A stretch of DNA of 64,000 nucleotides from the human T2T-CHM13v2.0 reference genome, Homo sapiens: NCBI RefSeq assembly GCF_009914755.1, contig NC_060926.1; one strand, 5' to 3'. Positions within the stretch are counted from its first letter, which is position 1; each line of letters begins with the position of its first letter. The position numbers and the translations under genes are program-made. Of this stretch, positions 52,485-64,000 are shown in pieces. Below the pieces are notes generated by a model, which saw nothing but the letters and a program-made list of their open reading frames with translations, was not told where the DNA came from and made no database searches.

Positions 52485-52935
52485 TTTGAAACTAGAAATG
52501 TGGACATCATCCTTTCTTTTTTTTTCCCCTCTCTGTTCCTCACGTTCTAATCTCTTGATTCTAGTTCATTTTGCTCCATTATTCTACAATCTTGTTGGAA
52601 TTCACCATTATCTCCTATCTGAATTTTGCAAATGCCTCCGAACTGACCTGCCAGCCCCAAGACTAGATTTTTCTCTAACATCTCCTCCCACTGCAACCAG
52701 GAAGAACATTCTTGAGCTCACCTTTGACCTCAGATTTCCCTGATTAAAACTCTTCAATGGCTTCCTATTGCCCCCAGGAGAAAGCCCAAACTCAACCCCT
52801 CATTGTTCTTTAAAAGGGGCTCAAGAATTGAACTGTCTTTGTGAGGTGAGGCAGTTTCACTTGTTTTCACCTCCCTCTGTCCCGCCACAATGCCTCCAGC
52901 CACTGATGGATTATTTCAGTTCTTGAAACACTTCC
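52485..52935 (+). mobile_element. L2 fragment
   Basis: ctagaaatgtggacatcatcct...cccactgcaaccagg...ttaaaactcttcaatggcttcctattgcc. Confidence 0.75.
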
Positions 52936-52943
52936 CGTTATTG

Positions 52944-52978
<35 letters not shown>

Positions 52979-53002
52979 GCATGCGTGCGTGCACACACAC
53001 AC
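52944..53002. repeat. (CT)n(CA)n compound microsatellite
   Basis: Read directly. Confidence 0.92.
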
Positions 53003-54383
53003 AAAACTCTGAGCTTTTTAATATATTATTTCTTGTACCTGAAACAGTTTCCCATTCCACCCCTTCCGTGGCAGCCCTCCACATTACTTTATCACATAGT
53101 AGCAAATGGGGATGGATGAAGCTACATAACAAAAGTGAAGCAAGTGGCTGCAGGAATTATGAACTCAAACTTCATGGCCTTGTTATTTTTTTCTAGATGC
53201 TTGTTTATTATGTGTAGAACATGGTCTTAGGCACTGTGAGATTATTTTCTAAATGCTGCTCAAAAGTTTGGCAATGCTCTTAGGAAAACGGCACTGATAC
53301 AAGCAGAATGTGCTGATCGATATACAAGATAGGAGTGGCACAAGGGTGTACAAGAAGCAGAAAATTATTTTGATGTTCAATGCAAAGGGTGAAGACAATT
53401 CCTTTGACATATTATTATTCTTTGATATGCCATTATCTCATATTAATTTTTGTCTACAAATAAAATAGCTAAGTTTTTGATAATGCTGATATAATGATTT
53501 GAAGCTTTCCAAGATAATCCTTTAGGTGATTCCATAATCTCCCTCGATATGATTCCCAGAACTTCACTGGTCTTGCATTTATGATCTCTGCTTTATTCCT
53601 TTATTCTTTATTCTGGAAGTCAATTTATTTTTTCTTGATCACTCCATAGTGAGAAGGAAGAGCAGCTGCTTTCCAAGGCTGTGTCTGTTCATATTGCTAA
53701 AGAGTTCTGTATCTCACCTGTCTTTCAAATAGCACTAGGTTCTCCAAGGAAAAACTGTGGCTGCAAACTTAGCTGAGTTTTGATTTTATTTCAGGGACAC
53801 TGGTGGTCTCAGGGCGCTAGCTGCACTGTTGCATTACCCTCTCCTAACTTCCCATGAGAACCTTCCAACTGCTCTCAAATCTATACTTACTTTGTTCCTT
53901 GGGTTAGAACTGCCGTCACATGGCTGCAGTGCTGACCATTGGCAGGCATCTTCCTACGTACTTTTTTTTTATTTCTTTTTTTTTTCATCTGAAGGTGAGA
54001 AGATCAAACTGCATAATTTACCAGCACTTCCTGGGTGGTCACACCTTCCTTTTCTCTCCTGCTTGGTCTAACCCAGCTGCCATCTGTTCTCCTAAGCACC
54101 CCAGGCTGTCCTGGGCTTGACAATACACTGTGGTGTTACAGGCAGAAAAATGAGCTGTGATACAAATCTGAAATTCTTTCTCCATCTAAAGTGTGTCCAA
54201 TTTCCTGTGTTTTGTTAGTTGCAGCCAGTTTGTATATATACACTTACAAATTTTCTTTTGCTTATTTTTATTCCAAAGAAAGAATTTTTTTTTTAAATCA
54301 ACCAAGAGGGTTATTGGTGCATAATATTTAGTGATAACACTCTGGACTTTTAGATAAATATGTAAGTAGTCAGTTTTTGCTGG

Positions 54384-54678
54384 TTTTTTTTTTTTTTTTT
54401 TTGAAAGGAGTCTCACTCTCACCCAGGCTGGAGTGCAATGGTGATGTCTCAGCTCACTGCAAGCTCCACCTCCAAGGTTCAAGTGTTTCTCCTGCTTCAG
54501 CCTCCTAAATAGCTAGGATTACAGGTGTGTGCCACCACAGCCGGCTAATTTTTATATATTAGTAGAGATGGGGTTTCACCATGTTGGCCAGGCTGGTCTC
54601 GAACTCCTGACCTGGTGATCTGCCCACCTCAGCTTCCCAAAGTGCTGGGATTACAGGCATGAGCCACCACGCCCAGCC
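54384..54678 (-). mobile_element. AluS SINE (Sg/Sc-like 2-nt deletion)
   Basis: Full dimer with poly-T; TSD ag(t/c)agtcagttttt at 54365 and 54680. Confidence 0.95.
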
Positions 54679-55754
54679 TAGCAGTCAGTTTTTTAAAAAC
54701 ATATATTATACACCCAAGAGAATAAAAGGAGTTGTTTCAGTCTAGTGAGAAAATTATATAAATATTTTTCAAAATATATTACTTCATCAGTTTTACTGCT
54801 TAATTTGGGTGTGAATTTATATATTTTTAAAACACACATTTAAAAGAATATAGACACAAAGGATTTTTATCTGCCAGATATAAATTTTTTTCTAATTTTA
54901 AACATGCCTATCATTTACAAATTCCTCAGATTTCTCAGCTAATCCTTACTATTATGTTCAGAGTTAACATTACTATTTAAAAAATAAATCTTCAATAAAA
55001 TACTCAGTGAACAATGAACATTTAAGAGTTGGAATAGAAACTTTGGCTTATTTTCTTAATGGTCAGTATAATTGTACTTCTGAGGAGAAAAGAAGCATTG
55101 GTGCCAGTAGACACCACATAAATGTCTACCCTGCTTAGTGATTTTTAACCCCAAGTACACTTACTTCAATTGCGGTAACTCAAAATTACCATTTATCTTC
55201 AAACAAAATTGTTCTATCAAATTTTATTTAATAAATCTTAAGTTTAGTAGATATCTTTCTTTCTTGACGATTTGAAAAACCAGTAATAATTTGGAGTAAT
55301 TGCCATTCAAGATCTAGATTCAAAAATGTAACAAAAACATAATATTTGGCCCAGCATGTTTTTCCTTTTCAGTGAAGCTAAGATTGTAATTTTGAAAGTT
55401 TAAATATATATTTACATTAGTTGTCTCTAACCTGAGGAACAGAAAATAATGAGAATGAGAATTAGTATTCTTAGTTAAAGCTTGAAAATATTAAAAATCA
55501 CTAAAAATAATGTAAGTAAAATCCTTCTAATTACCTGTGGCCATGAAATCATCTTCATTTAATATTATATCTGCCAGGTGGAAATAGTATATATCTATGA
55601 GTATATCCAATAAGGCATTTATAAAGTAGTTGACACTACAGTGATATTTCCAGTTAGAGGTAAGTATATAACATTTATTAGAAATTGTCTATATTTATCT
55701 CCTGTTAACGTTGATTCTCAGATTTACCTGCAATTAGTTTACTCCTGGTTAACT

Positions 55755-56200
55755 AGTGTCAACATGGTTAGCTGAAGTCCCCTGACTCTAGGTGTGTAAG
55801 TTGGGCGGATTTTCTTAACTTCTCTTAGTTTCCTCCTCTGAACATGGAAATTATACTAGTTCTACTTTTATCAAATTAAGGGTCAGCAAACTATAGCCCA
55901 AATGCCAAATCCAGTCTGCAGCCTGTTTTGGGGCAGGACAGAAGCTAAGAATAGTTTTACATTTATAATGGGCTGTAAAAACAAAACAAATCAACAGCAA
56001 CAAAAGCCAAGAAGACTACACAAGAGAGCACTTCTATGGCCTGCAAACCTAAATATTCAGATTCTGGCCATTATAGATCAGTTTTCCAACCCCTAAAGTA
56101 TATCGTAACATAATTTTAAAGACTAAATGAGATAATACATACAAAGTGGTTGATAATAAGCCAGGAATATGGGAAGGGCTCAATGAATGTCACTTCTTAT
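55755..56200 (+). mobile_element. MIR split by MER58A
   Basis: MIR core (ttaacttctcttagtttcctcctctg) lies before the MER58, and the MIR tail (taaatgagataatacatacaaagtg...ctcaatgaatg) after it. Confidence 0.7.
55879..56095 (+). mobile_element. MER58A (hAT-Charlie) DNA transposon
   Basis: agggtcagcaaactatagccc...gctaagaatagtttttacattt...tatggcctgcaaacctaaatatt...ccaacccct. Confidence 0.85.
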
Positions 56201-56558
56201 TGCTTTTGGTAATACCAGGAAGATAATAATATTACTATTCTGAAGTGGGTCCATCAATTGGTGATATCCCAATTAATGTATTATCTCATATTCTGTCTTA
56301 TTGTACATACAGCCATTCATCTCATAGTGATTTTCCAGTTTACATTCAACCACATATGTGATGGTGGTCTCATAATATTATAATGGAGCTGAATCCCTAC
56401 CACCCAGAGATGTCATAGTTGGTATAAAGTTGTAGTGAAACACATTACAAACGTGCTTATAGGTGATGCTTGTATAAATAAATCTACTGCATTGCCAGTT
56501 GTATAAAAGTAAATAGTACAGTTATGACTGTCACTGGTTTATGTATTTATTATACATA

Positions 56559-56850
56559 TTTTTTTTTTTGAGACAGAGTCTTGCTCTGTTCCCCAGGCTG
56601 CAGTGGAGTGGTACAATCTCGGCTCACTGCAGCCTCTGCCTCTCAGGTTCAAGTGATTCTCCTGCCTCAGCCTCCTGAGTAGCTGGGATTACAAGTGTGT
56701 GTCACCACACCTGGCTAATTTTGTATTTTTAGTAGACACGGGCTTTCACCATGTTGGCCGGGCTTGTCTTGAACTCCTGACCTCAAGTGATCTGCCTGCC
56801 TCTGCCTCCCAAAGTGCTGGGATTACAGGCATGAGCCACTGCACCTGGCC
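56559..56850 (-). mobile_element. AluS SINE (Sz/Sx-like)
   Basis: Full dimer with cctgacctcaagtgatc. Confidence 0.95.
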
Positions 56851-57251
56851 CTATGCTGTACTTTTAAATTGTTATTTTAGAATGTACTCCTACTTATGTT
56901 AAAAAAAAAAAGTTAACTGTAAAACAGCCTCAGGCAGGTCCTTCAGGCATTGCTATCATAGGAGATGACAGCTCCCTGCATGTTATTGCCCCTGAAGATT
57001 GGCCAGTAGGACAAGATGTGGAGGTGGAATATAGTGATATTTTTATGATATTGATGTTGTGCATGCCTGGGCTAATGTGTGTGTTTGTGTCTTAGTTTTT
57101 AATGAAGAAGTTTAAAAAGTAAAAAAATAAAATAAAAACACACACACAAAACTTATAGAATGAGGAGGTAAAGAAAAAAGATATTGTATAGCTATACAAT
57201 GTGTTTGTGCTTTAAACTGTTATTATGAATGTTAAAAAGTTAAAAAGAATT

Positions 57252-57594
57252 AGATATTGTTTGGCTGTGTCTCCAACAAAATTTCATCTTGAATTCCCAT
57301 GTGTTGTGAGAGGCATCCCATGGGAGGTGACTGAATCATGGGGCAGGTCCTTCCTGTGCTATTCTCTTTATAGTGAATAAGTCTCACGAGATCTGATGGT
57401 TGAAAAAAGGGGAGTTTCCCTGCACAATCTCCCTTCTCTTGTCTGCCACCATGTGAGATGTGCCTTTCACCTTCCGCCATGATTATGAGGGCTCCCCAGC
57501 CATGTGGAACTGTAAGTCCAATAAACCTCTTTCTTTTGTAAATTGCCCAATCTCAGATACGTCTTTATCAGCAGCATGAAAATGGACTAATACA
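57252..57594 (+). mobile_element. THE1 (THE1B-like) solo LTR
   Basis: gatattgtttggctgtgtc...gtgaataagtctcacgagatctgatgg...caataaacctctttc...aatggactaataca. Confidence 0.93.
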
Positions 57595-59242
57595 TAGTTA
57601 AAAATTTACAAAGCAAAACAGAGTGAGCTAAGGTTAATTTGTTATTTGTTATTGAGGAAAGAAAATATTTCTTATAAATTTATTGTAGTTTAAACATGCA
57701 GTATTTATAAAGTTTACATTAGTGTACAATAATGTCTAGCCCTTCACATTCACTTACCACTCACTGACTCAACCAAAGCAACTTCCAGTCCTGTGAACTC
57801 CATTTATGGTAAGTGCCTTATACAGGTGTACCTTTCTTTTGTCTTTTATACTGTATTTTTACTGTGCCTTTTCTATGTTTAGATACACAAATACTTACCA
57901 TTGTGTTACAATTGCCTATAGTATTCAGTACAGTAATATATTGTAGCCTAGGAGTGACAGACTATACCGTATAGCCTAGGCGTGTAAATGGCTAGACCAT
58001 CTAGGTTTGTGGAAGTACACTCTATGATGTTTGCACAACAATGAAGTTGCCAAAGATGCATTTTTCAGAATATATCCCTGTCACTAAGCGACACACTACT
58101 GTAACCATCTTGTGCTAGAAAAATTAAAAGACATTCTTTATTTGGAAGGATGCTAAAGATTCTACTTTTTAAAGAAAGCTTAATAATGTATACTTCCTGA
58201 TTTATTTGTATTAGTTAATTAATTAAATTGTTAGATTTTTAATACAACTCTAATGTAAGAATCTGTCTTGGGAGAAGGAAAGTCTGAAGATAGGTTCATA
58301 AAAATCATGTCAAAGACCACTGGAAAGGAAATAACTCGGTGTTCTTTCTCTTTGTGTGTGTTATTCTTATGTCTCTTGCAAAAGAAAGAATTTTAGTCAC
58401 TTGACTTTTTTCTTTCCTTTTTTGAAGAGAGGCTTCAATTTGGAAAGAGTGATTTTTCTTCCCAAAGGAGGAAGAGTGCTGAAGAGAAGATATGAAAGGA
58501 AAATAAGTTTGTTGTTTTGTTTTGTTTTGTTTTACAAATGTGTTTGGAGAACACAGAACATTAAATCTCATGCTTTCTGAATGACCTGGCAATCTTAAAT
58601 AATCCTACCATACAGGCAAACATCACTCCCTTCTTTAAGTGTTAGATTTAAATGAATTTTTAAAATAAGCCTTTGTTAGAAGTCCTGGTGGTAGAATCCT
58701 GTGGATTCCAGCCAGTGGGTCCATGGGAATGCTATAGTGAGGGGCTCAGCCAGCTGGGGAACAGAGCAGTGGAACCTGCTCAGGTCACAGTCCTGTTTGA
58801 ACTCAATCTTGAATCCAGTTAAATGCATGGGAAGAAAAAGCTAAGGGTCCACTCCTTCTATCCTCCCACAACTGCACACACACAATTAAATAAACAAAAA
58901 GTAGGAAAACCAGCAGGGGTTCAAGTTAAAAGGAACAGCCTTAAAAACAGACCTGATTTGCTGCTTTGGTCAAGCAGTAGCGGGATTTGTGAGGGGTATG
59001 GCTGGGTAGAAATGAAATAGGACATGAATTCCCCACCAAATTCCTTTGCAAATAGGATTTCAGCGTTCTTGCTAGGGCCTTCCCTGTTCCTCTGCATCCT
59101 GATGGCCAAGCCACATGATCCTAAAGCCCTTACTTAAAAAAGTGTCACAAATCTGTTAATACGCTGAACCTGTGCTTAATACTAAAAGTCATCAGTCAGA
59201 CCACTTTTAAAGCATTAATCCATAAACACTTTTGTTACAAGC

Positions 59243-61574
59243 TGTATTAGTCTGTTTTCATGCTGCTGATAAAGACATACCCAAGACTGGGCAATTTATA
59301 AAAGAAAGAGGCTTATTGGACTTACAGTTCCATGTGGCTGGGGAGGCCTCATAATCATGATGGAAGGTGAAAGGCAAGGGGGAGCAAATCACATCTTACA
59401 TGTATGGTGGCAGGCAAAGAGAGAGCTTGTGCAGAGAGTCTCTCATTTTTAAAACCATCAGTTTCGTGAGGCTCATTCACCATCATGAGAACAGCACAGG
59501 AAAGATCCGCTTCCACGATTCAGTCATCTCCCACTGTTTTCCTCCCACGACGTGGGAATTGTGGAAGCTACAATTCAAGATGAGATTTGGGTGGGGACAG
59601 AGAAAAACCATACCATTTCACCCCGACCCCTCCCAAATCTCATGTCCTTACATTTCAAAACCAATCATGCCTTCCCAACAGTCCCCAAAATCATAACTCA
59701 TTTCAGCACTAACTCAAAAGTCCACAGTCCAACATCTCATCTGAGACAAGGCAAGTCCCTTCTCCCTATGAGTTGTAAAATCAAAAGCAGGTTAGTTACC
59801 TCCTAGCTACAATGGGGGTACAGACATTGGGTAAATACAGCCATTCCAAATGGGAGAAAGTGGCCAAACAAAGGGGATACAGGCTCCATGCAAGACCAAA
59901 ATTCAGCAAAGCAGTCAAATCTTTAAGTTTCAAAATGATCTCCTTTGACTCCATGTCTCACATCCGGGTCACATGGATGCAAGAGATGGGTTCCCATGGT
60001 CTTCAGAAGATCCACCCCTGTGGCTTTGAAGGGTGCACCCTCCCTCCTGGCTGCTTTCGCAGGCTGGGGTTGAGTGTCTGTGGCTTTACCCGGTACATGG
60101 TGCAAGCTCTCAGTGGATCTACCATTCTGTGGTCTGGAGGATGGTTGCCCTCTTCTTACAGCTTCCCTAGGTGGTGACCCAGTAGGGACTCTGCGTGGGG
60201 GTTCCAACACCACATTTTTCTTCTGAACTGCCCTAGCAGAGGTTCTCCATGATAGCCCAGCCCCTACACCAAACTTCTGCCTGGACATCCAGGCATTTGC
60301 ATACATCTTCTGAAATCTAGGCAGAGGTTCCCAAACCTTGATTCTTGACTTCTGTGCACTTGCAGGTTCAACACCACATAGAAGCTGCCAAGGCTTGAGG
60401 ATTTCATCCTCTGAAGTCACAGCCCAAACTCTATGTTGGCCCCTTTCAGCCACAGCTGGAGCAACTGGGATGCAGAGCAGCAAATCCCTAGACTTCCCCT
60501 AGCACAGGGACCCTGGGCCTGATCCACGAGACCATTTTTCCCTCCTAGGCCTCCAAGCCTAGGGAGGGGCGGCTGCAAAAATCTCTTTCATGCCTTGGAG
60601 ACATTTTCTCCCTTGCCTTGGTGATTAACATTCGGCTTTTTGTTGATTATGCAAATTTCTGCAGCCAGCTTCAATTTCTCCTCAGAAAATGAGATTTTCT
60701 TTTCTATCAGATTGTCAGGCTGCAACTTTTCCAAACTTTTATGCTCTGTTTCCTTTTTAAAACTGAACGCCTTTAGCAGCACCCAAGTCACTTCTTGAAT
60801 GTTTTGCTGCTTAGAAATTTCTTCCACCACATACCCTAAATCATCTCTCTGAAGTTCAAAGTTCCACAAATCTCTAAGGCAGGGGCATAATACTGCCAGT
60901 CTCTTTGCTAAAACATAATAAGAGTCACCTTTGCTCCAGTTCCCAACAAGTTATTGATCTCCATCTGAGACCACCTCAGACTGGACTTTATTGTCCATAT
61001 GTCTGTCAACATTTTGGTCAAAGCCATTCAACAAGTCTCTAGGAAGTTCCAAACTTTCCCACATTTTCCTGTCTTCTTCTGAGCCTTCCAAACAGTTTTA
61101 ACCTTTGCCTCTTAACCAGTTCCAAAGTCACTTCCACATTTTTGGGTATCATTTCAGCAACACCCTACTCTCGGTACGAATTTATTGTATTATTGTCCCT
61201 TTTCATGCTGCTGATAAACACATACCTGAGACTGGGCAATTTCCAAAAAAAAAAAAAAAAAAAAAGAGGTTTATTGCACTTACAGTTCCACCTGGCTGGG
61301 GAGACCTCACAGTCATGGTGGAAAGTGAAAGGCAAGGAGGAGCAAGTCATATCTTACATGGATGGCAGCAGGCAAACAAAGCTTGTGCAGGGGAACCCCC
61401 ATTTTTAAAACCATCAGATCTCATGAGACTCATTCACTGTCACAAGAACAAGGCAGGAAACACCTGCCCCCATAATTCAGTCACATCCCACTGGGTTCCA
61501 CCCACAAAAGTTGGAAATTGTGGGAGTTACAATTCAAGATGAGATTTGGGTGGGGACACAGCCAAACCATATCA
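59243..61574 (-). mobile_element. Full-length THE1B element (LTR 61186-61574, internal 59616-61185, LTR 59243-59615)
   Basis: Two THE1 LTRs flank ~1.57 kb of THE1-int, with a perfect TSD CAAGC at 59238-59242 and 61575-61579. Confidence 0.96.
59923..60869 (-). pseudogene. Disrupted THE1-int (MaLR) ORF remnants
   Basis: Frames WNFELQRDDLGYVVEEISKQQ and WEPLPRFQKMYANAWMSRQKF are typical translated MaLR internal sequence, broken by frameshifts and stops. Confidence 0.75.
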
Positions 61575-63297
61575 CAAGCTTTCTCACAGAAAGAAAGAAA
61601 AAATGATGATGGATTATCTAAGTTCTCAATAAGATGGAAAAAAAAATAATCCATACCTTTCCATGATTTGGCTATTTGACCATTTTGGAAAATGTAACAT
61701 GACCAGTCTCTTTAAGGTCAACCTTAGGTGGAGGACAAACTAGATGACATCAAATTGAGTCACATCAGTAAAGACCAAGTCCCAGAAGAAGGGAAGCAGA
61801 CAGAAGACTGAGATGATTATGGTGGGGTATATAGAGTTTCTACCAGAAGTACTGTGGGAAGATCTGCTAATAACTTTGCTAGATAAGGTCAGTCTTCATC
61901 TTTAACATCTGACTTTGAAATGACAAACAGATATTCCTCAAATTGCTGCTGCATCTATACCATTAGCTGCACCCTAGCTACTGGCACTGTGACATAAACT
62001 AAACTTAAGAACAGGTGTGAATTTCAAGACTTTGGTGAGGACGTTGCTCATCACTGAATCTGACTTGAGCTTATAGGATGATTCTTAAAAACTCTTCTCA
62101 TTCAAAACTAGCACTCTTAGAAATATTTTAAGATAGCTTTGCTGGTCAACTTGGAAACAGTTTTACTTAGTTTTTGAACAATGAAGTTGGTAGATCAGCT
62201 AAAGTGCAATTGCAGGTGAAACACTGTTCTGTGCTCTTACTTTGCATCCTGAATCCTAACTTTTAACTTTATTTTGCAATTCCAGCTATGCTGGACCCAC
62301 CCCATGACATGGAGATTCTGACCCTAGGGTTTCCCATTTTAGGACACACGAGCTGCTTCTCTTGTTATAAACATGCGAATGGGTGCAGAGTATGGGCCCT
62401 GAGGAGAAATTGGCAAGTCTCCCCACCCTAAAACTGGAAGCTGTGCCCTTTGAAGTGGGAGCATTCAAGATTCATTCCAAACCTACTGGTGATCACTAAA
62501 GGCATCTATGTATGTCATCTCTATATAAAGAGAATTCCAGAGAGAGGCTAGATGCATGTTAAGTAAGTAGCACAACATATTTCCTACTAATCCCCTCCTT
62601 GAGAGTCTGAACTGTGCCTCCAGAAAAACATAAGAGCCTTTTCCGTAGGAAATATTATCCTCGGGATACATCCTTAAATTGTTTTTATAAGTATATGAAT
62701 GCTGAAATATAACCAAACTGTAAAATGCTAAATACTGTGGAGTTTTTTGTTTTTTGGGTTTTTTTTGTTTGCTTGTTTTTGCTTTTAAATGTCCACATTT
62801 CCTACCACCTCAAAGAGGGAAAAAAGGTAAGGCACTGTGAAACGGTCATATTGGCCAAAACACTTGAGAAATAGTTGCTCATTTCTGATGAAAGTCCTTG
62901 AGCTGCAACAACACACAGAGCTAGCAGCAGGCACTGTCCCAAAGCAGTCAACAAGGCTCGTCAATGCTCAGAGCTGCCTTTGTGTACTGTGTGTGTAGTT
63001 AGTAAATGCCAGGCCAGGTCTGGTGCAGTCTGTCAGCATCTCTTTTTCTGTTTTTTCTTTTCTTTTTTCTTTTTTCTCTTTTTCACTTTCTCCCATGCTT
63101 CCTGCTTCTCTCTGTAACCTTTATCTTCTTGATAAAATTTTCTGGGATTTGGAAGGTTAAAATAAGCCTTAGAGATTTGAAATTGGGCAAAGATTGCATT
63201 TTGTTGACTTTGATTTTCTAATACGTTTGGTGTGATGTACTGGTCTATGAGTTTGTAAGGGAGTGTTGAAGTAGGTGAGAAACAAATGAAGAGAGAA

Positions 63298-63518
63298 AAT
63301 GAACGTTTATTACTCATTGGCTGTGTGCCAGGAACTGAGTATATCACTCCATACACATTATCACACTTAATGATCATACTGATTCTGTGAAGTATCATTT
63401 TACTTATTAAATAAAAGAGAAGTTTTAAAATTACAAATAAGCCCAAGATCAGGCAGTTTGTAAGTAGCGGAACTGGACATGAATCCAAGACTGTCCAACT
63501 CCAAAGTTTATGCTCTTT
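63298..63518 (-). mobile_element. MIR
   Basis: tgtgtgccaggaactg...gcccaagatc...gtaagtagcggaactggacatgaatccaagactgtccaactccaaag. Confidence 0.75.
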
Positions 63519-63609
63519 CAGGTAAAAATTCATAGAAAATTTGGGCTTGCAGACAAAAATATTGTAGGGAAACTTCATGAAATATATTACTTATTTCTTA
63601 GTATAATAA

Positions 63610-63925
63610 ACATCTGAAATGGCTGCTATTTGCCAGGCTCTGTGCTAAATATTATGAATGCGATGTAGGATAAGACAAAGTCCCTGTTCTCTAGCAGCTT
63701 ATGTTCTAGTAGGGCAGGTAAAGAATGAATAATTAGGTAATAAATAAATTAGACAAAGTGAGATGCCAGACAGTAACTAGGAGAAGGGGATAATCTACTT
63801 ACATTAAGCGGCCCAGGGAAGGCCTCTCTAAGGAAGTAACATTTTTGGAAGGTTGAAAAGGAGGTGAACTTGACAAGAGTTGATAGATGGGTGTTCCAGG
63901 CAGACAGAACAGAAGGGCAGGGTAA
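63610..63925 (-). mobile_element. L2 fragment
   Basis: tgccaggctctgtgcta...aagacaaagtccctgttctc...cagggaaggcctctctaaggaagtaacatt...gtgttccaggcaga. Confidence 0.8.
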
Positions 63926-64000
63926 AAGGAATATAGGGAATGGGGAAAAAGTTAATTGGTGGGAGACTGACGATGCTGAAATGAATGTGTCCCTTAGTGT

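Larger units (their letters stand above)
56310..58101 (-). mobile_element. Tigger3b (TcMar-Tigger) element with nested Alu and THE1 LTR
   Basis: TA|cagcc...ctg|TA termini; internal aaacagcctcaggcaggtccttcagg and ccatctaggtttgtggaagtacactctatgatgtttgcac. Confidence 0.9.

Noticed and set aside
61472-61483. DUX4 site in the THE1B 5' LTR
   Set aside because: It reads TAATTCAGTCA, which mismatches TAAYYYAATCA; the equivalent sites in the other THE1 LTRs are further decayed.
59367-61542. Cluster of 84-186 aa ORFs
   Set aside because: All lie within the THE1B LTRs or internal region and are repeat-derived, not host genes.
61745-61762. TGACATCA plus TGAGTCA (CRE-like/AP-1) pair
   Set aside because: Two short motifs without other support are not distinguishable from chance.
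63033-63578. 181-aa minus-strand ORF
   Set aside because: It runs through a MIR and a T-rich low-complexity tract (poly-Lys end) and has no recognisable domain.
1-64000. Assignment of a host gene or chromosome locus
   Set aside because: No coding exon or other sequence that I can recognise; a BLAT search is required.

Overview
This is AT-rich, CpG-depleted primate genomic DNA; the Alu and THE1 content points to a simian and fits human. It is most likely a long intron or intergenic region. I recognise no protein-coding gene, RNA gene or CpG island. The ORFs I could interpret are repeat remnants (L1 ORF1/ORF2, L2 endonuclease, THE1-int, Alu) or simple-repeat read-through, and the rest are short frames with no recognisable domain. 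Much of the window is interspersed repeat: a near full-length, heavily nested L1ME-type LINE (~19.6-24.8 kb), a complete THE1B provirus-like element with a perfect 5-bp TSD (59243-61574), a Tigger3b carrying an Alu and a THE1 LTR, and many MIR, L2, L3, MaLR/ERV LTR and MER fragments. The most notable observation is a non-L1 segment embedded in the L1ME that contains a textbook minus-strand 9-nt microexon (20978-20986). Other highlights are a 60-bp copy pasted 1.77 kb away into an MLT2 LTR next to a snap-back palindrome, a candidate recursive splice site at 47323 beside a CpG-retaining enhancer-like block, several tail-less insertion scars, and a 110-bp perfectly alternating purine/pyrimidine tract. 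Repeat names were assigned by eye from remembered consensus sequences, so subfamily calls and most boundaries are approximate.
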